NCBI RefSeq assembly: GCF_009834535.1
Contig: NC_045696.1
Location: forward strand, 20,400,001 to 20,464,000
Source: Camelus ferus
Lineage: Eukaryota
Length of the DNA stretch: 64,000 bases
Reading direction: 5' to 3'
In this document: in pieces, positions 1-12,348 of the stretch
Layout of the letters: every line of letters starts with the position of its first letter
Position numbering within the stretch: the first letter of the stretch is position 1
Notes under the pieces: generated by a model
Database searches by the model: none
Seen by the model: the letters and a program-made list of their open reading frames with translations, nothing else
Told to the model about the DNA's origin: nothing
Translations under genes and position numbers: made by a program

Positions 1-2404
1 GCTTTAACATTTTGGGTTTTCAACCTTACTTCCCTGGTGGTTTTTAGAGTTCAAAAGGAAAGTGACAGACTACTATTTCACTATTTTTTCCTTTAAGTAT
101 ATAAATGCCATACAAAGTAAATCTGAGACGTTCTTAATCACACTCATTTGCCAACATTAATCTAACAATTAAATTTTCTTAGACTACACAACTAAACACA
201 GAAAAATTTTACTTTTTATTATAATTTTGAAACATGTCATGCAATGTTTCACCAAAATATTGTACTTAAATACCTTATATTTTTCTTCAGTAACTTCATC
301 TCCAATAGCATTCAGCAATGCAAATCCAGTATGTTTTACAAAATTTTATCCAATTTTATTGTGACAATGTAATTAGATTCTAGAAAATACTATAATTCTG
401 TTTTCACTAGAGTGATTACTGACACAAATTAAACAAGAATATTCAGAAATCAATGAAATTAATATTGAAATGACCTTGATAGCAGCTTGCGTCATCCTCC
501 CTCAGCTTACCCTTTGTGATAATATTTGCTCTTTGAATTAGGACAAATGAAATTATGTTTATGAAAGCATTTGATATCCTTTAAGCTCAAAGTTGTCATG
601 CAAATAAAATATTTTATTTTCATTACTATGCACATTTCATGTGTATAGAACTCAAATGAAAGCCAGTAAAGGTTTTGTGCCTAGGAAATCTGTTCAGTCA
701 AAATTTATTTTTATTAATCATTGCAGAATGGAAACTGTCATAACGTGTCAAAAGATTGTAGATTTTGATTTGTGTGTTCCTGCCTGTATGTATGCCTGTA
801 ATTATATTAAAATATCTACTGAAAATGCCCACTTGAAAAGAACATCTGCTTTTAATGACAAGTTGACAAATTTGTCAAATTAAAGTATTTTAAATAATCC
901 ATATTTTACATTAACAAAAGAAACTTTCTTCAAAAGGAAAGAACAAATAAAAATCTGAAATTCCATTTTAAAGCAATATATTTTCTATAATCCAGACTTA
1001 CTTTTGTATGTTTCTTTATTCCAAAAGATTTTGTTCAAACATATTGCAAGAATAATATTTTCTCCAAATAAACCCCCTGTTCTCTTTACTTTCAGCTGCC
1101 AATATGAATTTTCGTAATCAGGGTATAATATAGATGAAAAATAATCGAACTAGTTTTCAAAACAAGAGGTTTTTTTTTTTTTTTTAAGTCACATTAACTC
1201 ACATCATTTTATCCAAATACTTTTAACCTCCTAAGTACTGATAAGCTGTTAAGAATTTATCCTCTCTCCAGTATCCTGATTCTTATGTAGAACAAATTTG
1301 GTTAAGAACAACCTCTTTTTGAGGTTATTATTTGAAAGAACCATGTATAGTCCTGCAAACTAGATCCCCATTCACAGATTTAACTCAACAAGAGTTCTTA
1401 GTACAATACTTTTAGTAACCAGGCTGCCATCATGTTTAGTCACAAAAATTCTTTATAATAATTTTTATACATCTATATAATTTACAAAGTTTTCTACATG
1501 ACCAGATGATAAAATTAGTATGAAAATCCTTTGGTAAGAATACACTACTAACTATTTAAAAGGCGTCAAGAATGTCTCCCTTCCTCCCATGCCTTCCAAC
1601 AATATTGCACAAATGACTTTACTTGTCCTAAGAAGTTTGTAGAGTCACGGATGAGAGGAAGCACGGATGTGGAAATCAAATGAGATATTTTATGTAAAAA
1701 TTCTTTTAAAGTTAAGATCTACTGAAATGTAAGAAGTTAATGTTGCAACATATAAGTATATAAACCAAACCAAAGAATCCACACTCACTCCATACATGTT
1801 GCTCAGCTGTCTTTCACCATCATTTTTGTTCTCCTTCCTGTTTCAGAAATGAGGGACTAACAAATACAGAGAGAAGGACAGAGAACTAAGTGGGGAAACA
1901 GTTTAAGATATCATTTGCTTCTTAATGTTTCTCCAGTTCCACAGTATTAGCATTAAAGGAGATGTCTCAGCAATCTTCATGGAGAGAAACTAATTAAAAC
2001 CTAATTTAACGTTTAAACAAGAGTATCCTATTTACCAACTCACCTTTCATTATTCACCCATATCTCTCAACTCTCTCTCTTACAAACTCATGGGTGTGAA
2101 AATTATCCTTCAACTAAATTTCAAAATTAAAATTATTAGAATTCATGATGAGATATTGAATAAATAATATAACTGTAGACTTCAATTAATTTTTCAACAA
2201 ATTTTATAATGTCAGTTAAGTTATTCGTTAAATTAACATAGCAAATATTTTAAAAACTAAGTAAAGAATGTGTGAAAAGGCCCTTAACCATTCCTTAGGA
2301 GTTTGAAAATGTGAATAAAGTATTAAGATGAACGTAACAAGCAGCTAAGTGATACATTTAAAAGGCTTTACATTAAATTAAATGTAAGTTAAATTAAGCT
2401 CCAC

Positions 2405-2490
2405 TATTTTCCCATAAGTTACAGATGAGGAAACCAGAGTCAAAACCTAATAAAAGGTGGAGCTGGTCTTGGAGCCCAAGAGGTTACATA
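2405..2490 (-). mobile_element. MIR SINE fragment
   Basis: ACAGATGAGGAAACCAGAG is the reverse complement of the MIR core (CCTCAGTTTCCTCATCTGT), followed by a GGTGGAGCTGG...GAGCCCA segment typical of MIR. Confidence 0.55.
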
Positions 2491-3559
2491 TCACAGTTCT
2501 CGCTTTGAACTATCAGAATATATAACACAATCTCTCAAGAGTATTCTGTTAGAATGAAAACACGGGGAGTTAATGTTTCATGAATAAGTACTGAGGAGTC
2601 CAGCTCCTGGTTAAAAAACTGTATGTGATTTTTTTCAGACCTGGCCAGAGACAATTACAAAGGCTCACCTGGGAGGCCTCAGAGGGAAAGCTACCCTCTG
2701 CACACCAGACTTGGTGTCCAGCCAAGGTACTGCAGCCTCTGAAGGGAGTTGCAGTCAAAGACTCGACCCCCTTGTTCAGCTATGTTTTTATGCACTGTTA
2801 CATTCCTAACTCAGGTGCCTTCATTAGAAGTCTTCCAAATGGAGGCCTTCATTGGAGGCCTTCCTCAGGTGCCTCTGTTGACATCTGTTTATCAGAGAGA
2901 GTGGAGGACCCTACAAACACTCTTCCTTGACTCTGACTCAGCATTTAGTACTGCTCTACTCCTAGCCCTTCCCCATTGCCTTCCCGCATCCCTGGGTTCA
3001 TGAAATTGCAGGAGCCCTTGTTTGGAGCTTCTTTGGCAATGAGATGGCACCTAAGTCTGTGATGATCCACCTGACCCTCAACATGCCTTTCCTTGGGGTT
3101 AAAAATGAAACAGGGAGGAGAATGATATTGAGATTCTTGCTTAATCTATTATATAGTAAGTGATGAGAGGCTTGACTGTTTTTTGATTTTTGGCTTATTG
3201 TCTTAATGAGCTACTCTAGCATCTGGCCCCTCAGCCCTCCCCAGTTCAGCTGAACTCCTGACAAGGATATATATTCAATTGAATTAAGTTTCTCAAGATG
3301 AAAAAGGAAAGTAATCCAAAGATATCTACTGCAGGAAGACTCTGATGAAGACTGGTGAAGACTACATGCATGTTGAGAAGTTCTGTGGTTAATGTCAGTT
3401 TGAGAGGTAAAAAATCAAAGACTAAATATAGATTACACTTCAGATTTTTTTTCTGTTTTATTAAAGACAGTTGAGATGATACCAAGATGCAGCTGTGGGA
3501 TCACAAGACATTTTTAATTTTAAAATATGCTGAGACTGAGTTTTGATGATGTGAAACAG

Positions 3560-3830
3560 AAAGTAGGTTGGAAAATTTGAAAATAAAGAAGAGACAATAG
3601 GAAGTAATATCAAGGTGCTAAGAAGGTAGAAGGGGACCCAGTGCAAGAATTGGCCTTGGGTCGGAGAAGGGACAATGTTTTCATTACAATAGAGTGAAAA
3701 ATAAAGAACAAGTGCAGATGTGAGCAAACTTGGAGATTTGATACGGGCAAATTTAGGCAGTTTTTGCTTCTACACTTTAAAATTTTCCACTGGGAGTTGT
3801 GATAATTATTTACTAAAAGAGATGAGGACA
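3560..3830 (-). mobile_element. L2 LINE fragment (highly decayed)
   Basis: Purine-rich segment CCAGTGCAAGAATTGGCCTTGGGTCGGAGAAGGGACA resembles minus-strand L2 and the similar block at 38.0-38.3 kb. Confidence 0.4.
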
Positions 3831-5710
3831 TTGGGGAGAGTATTAGAAGCGTGAAAGAACCAAGAAATGAGCGTGTTCCCTACAAGGACATACACATGAT
3901 GCTGCAGAAAGTGGGGCACTTAACACAGGGGGAGAAGGTCAATAATAGGTAGTGACAGCTGGTTCTTCATGTTGCTCAAGACACCATTCCAAACCTTGCA
4001 GTGTGGCACCTTGCTTCCATAAACCTCTCACAGGGCAAAAGTTCATTTATTCTTAGAAACTGAATTCCAGGGACTCTGGTCTCAGAAATAATAGTCAAGG
4101 AGAGGCTGGGTGGTTCACACTGGTTGTACTGAAAACAAGGGTAGCATATGAAAGTCTGAACAGTGAAACCTGAAATCCATAGCCTCCTTTTCTGGCCCAG
4201 TTCCAGAACACTTAAAGTCAGGCTCATACTGTTCAAACAACATAAGAGGATCATAAAGGACTTAAGAACCTGACTTCACTCATAGAAAAGACCATTAGGA
4301 GAACCCTATTAAAAGCCTAATTAATTATTCTTCAATGATGCCCAACAGGGCCAATAAATATTTGCATTGAATAGAAATCTTTCAATCTGATTTTCGATTT
4401 CTCACTAGTATTCACACATTGATCATAATATATCTGAGGAAAGATCCCGATTTCCTAAACCATCGAATCTAAAGTGAACTCTCTGACCTACTAAAACATA
4501 TCACATTAAAATTCTTTACATATTGCTTACTAATATCATATTTTTAAATTTTGTGGCCTATTTCCACACACTGGAATTTATATTTATTGGAACTAGAACC
4601 TCATTTGTTCTGTTAAATCACTTAGAATAATTCTTAGCATGTGATAAATTACTTAAAATTTTAATTGGCTGTTTTGTTGTTGTTCACTTTTGGTTTCTTT
4701 CTTCATTTGAAAAACCTGCAGGAGTTGTTTCCTTCAGCTATTGACATCTCTTTAAAAACACCCACATGCAAACTTTCAAGTTGCATTCATGACTTTTGTT
4801 TTCTATTTTAATACTGCAACATTATTTTTCTCTTTTTTGCCCAGTTTTAGAAGACTTAGGGTTTACCATTTCAATGTTAATAAGTATTCCTAAAAGGTGA
4901 CAAATTTGGGATTAGGTAAGAGTTACATAAGTGGGCCTCTACTTGAACAAGAATATATTAACAGTATCAGGGATTTAGGTAAAATTCTGGACACAAATTC
5001 CTCAAAATTATTGGAAGAAAGAAAAAAATGAGAATTATATTAAAGTAGTAAGGTCTGTATTATTACTTCACTTTTTAAAATAGTTTGCTGTGTTATTTTG
5101 GAAAATAATTCTCTCTGTGCAACATTTAGAATATCTTGGTATTCAATGCATTCTAAAAACTATTGCCCACAATTAATTTATACTTAATCGTTCTAAGAAC
5201 AGATGGCAAAATTAAATAGCTTTTACATTTTTAGAAACAAAAAAGCAAGCTTGTTATCGAAAATTCAGAGTGAGATATTTAATAAGATAGTCACTTTTCT
5301 AGATAAAAAATTTACTTGAAAATTTATTTTCACATTTTTCAGATACACGTTTGTCCTTAATCATTTAAAAATTTAAAGTAATGTTTAACCTTGCTTCTGT
5401 TATAGACATCTAATTCATCTAATTATCCATTCAATCTGTCTTTTAGTATGTTCCAATATCCTAATTATTACACATGATTATAAATGACATATAAGAGTTT
5501 GAAAGGACTCTGTTGCAGATGGTTAATTTCTTATTAATGGGTAGGAATGTGCCTGCCATAAATCTATTATCTTGAGAAGAAAAGCCAATCAGTTATTTTG
5601 CCTAACAGAGTAATTTACTTATTCATAAGTATTTTTGTCCCCTGTCTTGACCTAAGCACAAAGCTTGTAAATTCTAACTTTTAAAATACTTTCAAACTCT
5701 CGTACTTACC

Positions 5711-6010
5711 TGTGGTGGGCAGAATAATGGCTCCCTAAGGATGGTTACATCCTTATTGCTGAAACCTGTGTATATCTTATGTTATATGGCAAGGGTGAAT
5801 TAAGGTTAATAATCAGTTGACCCTGAAAAAGGGGGATTAGCCGGGATTATCCAGGTGGGACCAATAGAATCACAGGAGTCCATAAGAGTGAAAGAGGAAG
5901 TCAGGAAAGTCTGGAAAGACTTTCGATGAGCCAAAGAGCACACAGAGCCTAGAAGCTGTAAAATGATAGGAAACAGATTCTCCCCAAGAGCCCTGCTTGA
6001 TTTTAGCCCA
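5711..6010 (+). mobile_element. MaLR LTR, MLT1D/MLT1E-like, 3'-incomplete
   Basis: Starts TGTGGTGGGCAGAATAATGGCTCCC; contains GGATTATCCAGGTGGGACCAAT and GGAAACAGATTCTCCCC...TTGATTTTAGCCCA, motifs of the MLT1D group. Confidence 0.85.
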
Positions 6011-8215
6011 TTTCAATTTAATTGGATGGGGGAAGGGCCATGGGACAAAGTTTAGGGTTTATCTGAGATCCTTCCTAACTGTGAAAAAGATTCTTGGAGT
6101 ATTTTTATAGGTCATGATACATCTTTTTAAAAAAAAATATCATCAATCTCTAACTCACAAGACTGAGTCCCTAGCAGCTGCATTTATAAGTTACGAAGCT
6201 GTGCTCATGTTTACAAAAGACAGAGTCGGTGTTGACCGCATGAGCCAGGCACAATTAGATCCTCTCTGGTGCGAGTTCAGAATTTACAGTGTCAGATGCT
6301 AGTCTTGTTCTGGGTGGTTCCTTTAACAGGAGATTTTGAACATATGAGTTGTGAAGTGAACAAGTACATGGAAAAGGAGATGAAAGTTTATCTATAGAAT
6401 ACACACACACAAAAACAGTCCCAATAGGGGGAGATAGTGATAAAGATGTGTGTGTGTGTGTGGACGGAGAGAGAAAGAATTGGCTTTTAATACTTCCCTT
6501 ATAGTTGTTGAATTCCCTCTTCCTGTCCCCTTTGCCTTTTAGTTCCATTACATAATTTGTAACATATATAATATATATATATATAATAAATTTTCCACTG
6601 ACACAGATTCTTTTCTTTTCACTAGGCCAACAGCAAATTTTAATTTTGCTATTTGGTTTTACAGAATATAACTGTCAGAGGTTCTCTGTGTATTCTATAA
6701 AGACTGCCTCCCTGTTGTGAAATATTATAAATAAATGTTTATTGACTCTTCAGCATGTTTCAATACGTTAAGAACTATCTAGCTATATTCCTTAATTTGC
6801 ATTTGGCTAAAGTGTACTATTGTTGAAATACTGATCCCGGTCCACAACTGAGACTCAGACAGGGACAGGTTTATCCAATAGAGTCTTATGTTAAACCTTT
6901 TCCTTTCATCCAAGAACAAACAACAACAAAAAAAAACTATTTCCTATTATTTAGTCAAAAAACAAAAATCCAGCAGAGTTTATACTGAAATAATTTCCAG
7001 TAATTTAGGGGAAAAAAGATATCCCTGGCTTTAATAAAATTTGGCATATGCAAGAAAAATGTTTCTCAAATTACATAAAAGATTGTGTGTCTTTTAAAAA
7101 CACTTGAAACTATTCTTCAGAGATTAAAATGTTATATAGAAGGTTATACACATACAATACCAATACTTAAATCAAACTAAAAATGTACCAGGTGCCATTC
7201 TCCAAAGCAAAATAACTGAGAACACATTTATTTAAATTAAATATTAATTCCATTAAGTATTTTATTTAAGTAATGCACATAATTCAAAATTTTAAAAGCT
7301 CAATATTTATAATTTCCTTAAAACTTCCTATACATGAGATACAAGACTCATTATTCCTAGTAAATTATCTCTCTTTCTTGAATTTTCTACAGTTATTAGT
7401 TTGTATTGTATACTTGAACTTTGCCAAGTCTTTGGTCAGAAAACATTTATTACTCCTTTTCAATCTCCCATATCATGACTTCAAAGGAAATAAGAAGTTT
7501 AAATAAGAAAAGTTCATATAATTTAAGGGAGTAGGCAAGCTCGAGCTTTTCAGTCTTTCCTTTTAATTTTATTATTCATTTTAAAGTTTTTTTTCTCTAA
7601 CTCAAGTTTTAACTTTTTCCTTTAATAATCTTTGATAATATTAAAGATTTATTAAAAAAAATGGATTTGCTAAAGGCAGGAATAACTGATAGCTACAGCT
7701 TATTAGTGTTTTAATTTTTTTCATAATTAACACCATAGCTGAAAGGGAAAAAATACTTCTCAAAGTGTTATCTGGCCAATAAAACTCAATGGTTTTATGG
7801 CATACTAAAATATTTAGCTAATATTACTAGTCAATATGGTCCTTCTTCCTAGAAATAATAAGATGCTTTACATAAAAAAGTGAAAGAAAACAAATTAAAA
7901 GTATAATAATAACAAAACAAAGAGAAGAGACACCTCTGTTTGGAGGTTATTCCGTTTAGTTGGTAGTTCTCTGAGCGTCTTATGTGTAAACACTGGACAG
8001 AATGAAACTGCGATAAACTGGATTTCCCAGGATGGCTGTGACTATGGGTAACTGCAGCCTTCCTGGTGAACTACAGACAAGACCACTCCATGACTCATGC
8101 TTATAATGTCTTGTGTGTATTAAGGACTAATTAGTAATACTAAAACTGAATATCACTTTAAAGGTGACACTATTCTCTCTAAATCCTAAATAGTTCTGTT
8201 TAAATTATTAGGCAG

Positions 8216-8816
8216 TATTATGGATGAGATGTTTGTGCCCACCCCACCCCCCCAATTCACATGCTGAAGCCCTAACCCCAGTATGATGGTATTTAGACAT
8301 GGGGCCTTTGGGATGTAGTTAGGATTGGTTGAGCTCAGGAGGGGAGAGTGAGCCCATGATAGGATCTTATAAGATGAGACAAGAACAAATTTGCTTTTTC
8401 TCTCCATCATGGGAGGACATAGTGAGGTGACTTACCTCCTCCAGGCCAGAAAGAGTGTTCTCATCAGAAACTGACCAAGATGTTGGGGGAAGGGTATAGC
8501 TCAAGTGGTAGAACTCATGCTTAGCATACACAAGGTCCTGGGTTCAATCCCAAGTGTGTCCTCTAAAAATAAATAAATAAATAAGTAAACCTAATTACCT
8601 CCCCCCACAAAAAATAAAAATATTAAAAAAATAGGTTGGGGGGGAGGGTACAGAAACCTAATTACCTTCTTGTAAAATTTAAAAAAAAAATTTTGACCAA
8701 GATGTCACCCTTACCTATGACTTCTAGACATCAAAACTGTGAAAAAATTAATTTTGTGCTGTTTAAACTACTAGCTCAATGGTATTTTGTTATGACAGCC
8801 CCAATAGCCTTAGATT
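8216..8816 (+). mobile_element. MaLR solo LTR, MLT1A0-like, interrupted by a SINE
   Basis: Colinear with MLT1A0 (GAAGCCCTAACCCCAGTATGATGGTATTT...GGGGCCTTTGGGA...TGGTATTTTGTTATGACAGCCC). The 5-bp TSD GGCAG is at 8211-8215 and 8817-8821. Confidence 0.9.
8484..8693 (+). mobile_element. tRNA-derived SINE, camelid Vic-1 type
   Basis: GGGGGAAGGGTATAGCTCAAGTGGTAGA (A box)...GGTCCTGGGTTCAATCCC (B box), then an A-rich tail with AAACCTAATTACCTCCCC. The 12-bp TSD TGACCAAGATGT is at 8472-8483 and 8694-8705. Confidence 0.9.
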
Positions 8817-9699
8817 GGCAGGAACTTGAAAATACATAAATTTGTACTCTCTGTGCCACTAAATAGGATCTTTAAACTAAACGAATGTAAACACTGCTAT
8901 TCTGATATTGCTGTTTAAAGTTTGTAACAGAAAGGAAACTCAGAGTATAGTTTAATTTATCTATACTTATTTGGACCTTTAATATTTTAAAGTTATGTAG
9001 AAATACCACAAGGACAATGCTTCAATAAAAATAAATAACATTGTCTAATTTTTATATAATGTAAAATGTGTTCTTATCTACATTTAAGCAAAATATAGTA
9101 GACAATTAATAAAACAATTTTGAAAAATTTAAATTTCCTGCAGAGAGTACTTTTTCTCCACTATTTTGTAAACTTTTCTGGAATAGGGGGTACGTCTTAG
9201 GAGAACTTTGCTCCACTTAAAAACTGTCCCTTTTTTGGTAGAAGATCCTGAATACACTTTTTGAGTATTTTGAAGTGAAATGTTTCAATATTTCATACAT
9301 TCTACTAAATGGTTTAAAATAAATACTACAGATCTTATAGTTAAAACCAACTCTACAGCACTGCATATCTCTCTTGCTCTCTCTCTGGATGGACAGATAG
9401 ATTTTATTATTTATATCTATATGCATGTTTAGATTTAATTATCTATATCTATATATAGATTTAGACTTGTGGGCGGGACTGCCTTGGGGCATCAGATACT
9501 GACCCAGCTAATAATGAGTGGAAATTATTTTTGTTATTCATTGGGTGTGTAGCTTAGGAGCAGAGATAATTAACAGACCAAAACACAGTCATTCCTGGGC
9601 CTTCCAGTCAAACACCACTTACTAAAACAAAACATTATTTAGAATTCTAATAAAATAATAATCTAATAAAATTCTAATAAAAAATGAACAACCCTGTCT

Positions 9700-9800
9700 G
9701 AGTGAGGTAGATAGAATAAAGGAGGACTTCACATGGGAAGTAACATTCTAATACTGGATTTTGAAAGATGAATAGGAGTCCATTAGGAAGACAATTTACA
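9700..9800 (-). mobile_element. L2 fragment
   Basis: GGAAGTAACATTCTAATACTGGATTTTGAAAGATGAATAGGAGT is a typical minus-strand L2 motif. Confidence 0.55.
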
Positions 9801-9828
9801 AGAAAAGTGCAACAATGTAGAAAAATTA

Positions 9829-9952
9829 GGCACTAAAGTCACAATGAAATAGGTTCAAATCCTGGTTCAGGTACTGTGTGAGCTTTAGCAAGTCACCTAC
9901 CTTCTCTGTGTATGTTTCTTCACCTATAAATTATGGATAAGATGATGCTCCA
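9829..9952 (+). mobile_element. MIR SINE
   Basis: GGTTCAAATCCTGGTTC...TGTGTGAGCTTTAGCAAGTCACCTACCTTCTCTGTG...CACCTATAAA matches the MIR B box plus core. Confidence 0.75.
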
Positions 9953-11552
9953 GGGATATATATAATAATATAAATATATGTACATCTATCTATCTATACA
10001 CAACCACACATATACAGAGAGAAAGAGGGAGAGAAGGAAAGGGGGAGACAGAGAGAATGAATGAATGTGTATATGTGTGTGTGCGAGTAGATCTGCAAAG
10101 ACCATGATTTCTTCACTGACCAAAAAACTAAATAAACTAGAAACTAAAACATTTTCATGAGCCCATCAGTGTGCTAAGTTCACAGGACAAACAGGTAGCC
10201 TGGAATCTAAAGACAGGCTCCTCCAAGGCAAGAGGATGTGGCACACCTCCAGCAGAGACACCAAAAACCAAACAAACAGATAAGAATTCAGAAACAAACA
10301 AACAAACAAAACCCTCAGGGATGAGAGAGTGTGATCCTGTAAGTAAATATCTGTGGATCTGCAGACGCAATGGGAGTTCACAGATACTCTCATCATATTC
10401 TTCTCCACAGACTTTTACTCTTTGTTTGTGAGAAATATTGGGAAAGAACAGATCAGAGAAAGCCTCCCTCTGTAGCGCAGATGTGCAAGAAGGAAGCATT
10501 CACAATAGAAAAGTCATAAAAGCTCTGCCCAGACTCCTCTCCCTGACAAAACAACACAGAATAACTCATTAGAGGACAGCAGCAGAAAGAGTAAAATAAA
10601 ATAGTAAAATAATCAATAACCCAAGGGAAAAGGCAGTTAACCATTCCAAGCCAAGATTTTTAGAGATTCTCTATCCCTTAGAAAGGGGCAAGAATCACTC
10701 TGCTATATAATATCTGATGAAATTTCAAGATGGGTTGATTGCTATGGAGATTGGAGGAAGACAAATAAACAAGACCAACCCACCCCTGCCATCTAGGAAT
10801 ATAGGAGCTAAGACTGAGGTGAAGCAGGGTAACAGAAAGCATGCCTGTCTCCCTCCTACTGAGATAGCAAGGAGGAGATTAAAAAATTAATTAATTAAAA
10901 GAAAACCCCTAAACAGAAGTCCTCCACAGAAGAAAGAAAGGAGCACAGAAAATACTATTTCTGAGGTGGGGAGGCACAGTAAAGTTTGAAAACTGAAGGT
11001 AGAGGATATTAGACAATATCCCAAGCAACCCAGCCCCAACTCTAAATTCAGGACTCCATTAAAGAAAATGGGAGCCAACAGCACAGGAACCTTAAAGATA
11101 ACCTTGGTAACAATTAAACGAAAACCAGGGAGACTCCTAGACTGGAACACTCCCCCGCATAGCAGCATTGTAGAAAAATGAGATGTGCCCACTTCCACTC
11201 ATAAATACTATTTACCTCAACTTCTAGTCTACCTATGAAGGTTGGTATTTTAATCTAAAATTATGTGACACACAGAAAAGCAAGAGAAAAAGAGCCTAAT
11301 GTCAAGAGGTAAAACAGTCAGTAGAACAAGACTGAGAGGTTGCACAGATTTTGGAAATACTTAACTTGAAATTTAACTATCATTAACATATTATAGAATC
11401 TAAAGGGAAAATCTTCCACATGAACAAACAGATAGGAAATTTCAGGAGACATATGGGAAATGTATGAAGAATAAAGTAGAAATAATCTAAATAAAAAACA
11501 CTGTTAACAGAGATGAAGAAAACCTTCAAAGGAATTAGTATTAGTTTTATAC

Positions 11553-11999
11553 TAGTATTCATTCCTGGGGCTTCTGTAAGAAAGTACCACAAACTAGTTG
11601 GTTAAAATAACAGAAATTTGTCTCAGATTTTTAATTGAAGTGTAAAATTAAAGTGTCATTGGGGACATAACCCTCTGAAGACGCTAGGGAAGATCTGTCC
11701 CATCCTGCCTATCCTGGTACCCTCAGGTGTTCCTCTAGATGTATCACTCCAATCAGACTCCCTTCCCTTGGCCTTCTCTCTGTGTCTTCATAACATCAAT
11801 GCTCTGGGCTTGTCTGTTTCTGTGTTCAAATTTCCCCTTTTCATAGGATACCATTCATAGTGGATTAGGGCCCACCCTAATGACCTCGTTTTAACTTGAT
11901 CACCTTCGTAAAGATGTATTTCCAAGCAATGCCATGTTATGAGGTATTGGGAATTAGGTCTTCAACATAGTTTTTGTGGCCACAATTTAACACATAGCA
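11553..11999 (-). mobile_element. MaLR solo LTR, MLT1C-like, nested in L1 ORF1
   Basis: GTACCACAAACTAGTTGGTTAAAATAACAGAAATTT...GGATTAGGGCCCACCCTAATGACCTCGTTTTAACTTGAT...AATTTAACACATAGCA matches reverse-complemented MLT1C. L1 ORF1 resumes at ~12000. Confidence 0.85.
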
Positions 12000-12295
12000 A
12001 GTGTCATCAGTGGACTTGATACAGATAAGGAAACAATCAGTAATTGGAGCCAGGTTAATATAAATTACCTAAAGTGAAACAAAAAGAGAAAAAAATGAAG
12101 AAAAAAAAAATTAAAGCATTTAAGAGCTATAGAATAAGATCAAGTAGTGTAATAAATGAATTCCAGTAGGACATAAGAGGCAAAATAAAGCAGAAGAAAG
12201 AGTTCAAGAGACAGTGGTGAAGAATTTCCCAAACATGATAAAATATATCAAATTATAGATTTAAGAACCTTAGGGAACAACTGCAGGGTAACTTG

Positions 12296-12296
<1 letters not shown>

Positions 12297-12342
<46 letters not shown>

Positions 12343-12348
12343 ACACAC
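12297..12348. repeat. (CA)n microsatellite
   Basis: About 20 perfect CA units followed by an interrupted stretch. Confidence 0.97.

Noticed and set aside
2627..2732. Possible 88-nt exon (TTTTTTTCAG|ACC...AAG|GTACTG, 2639-2726)
   Set aside because: Short pyrimidine tract, mediocre donor, no recognisable translation and no partner exons. Expected by chance in 64 kb.
2810..2875. Degenerate short repeats (CTCAGGTGCCT x2, GGAGGCCTTC x2)
   Set aside because: Consistent with local slippage duplication. No regular repeat-spacer structure, so not CRISPR-like.
8485..8560. tRNA gene (also at 63713-63785)
   Set aside because: A and B boxes are present, but the A-rich tail, TSD and lack of an intact acceptor stem show these are SINEs.
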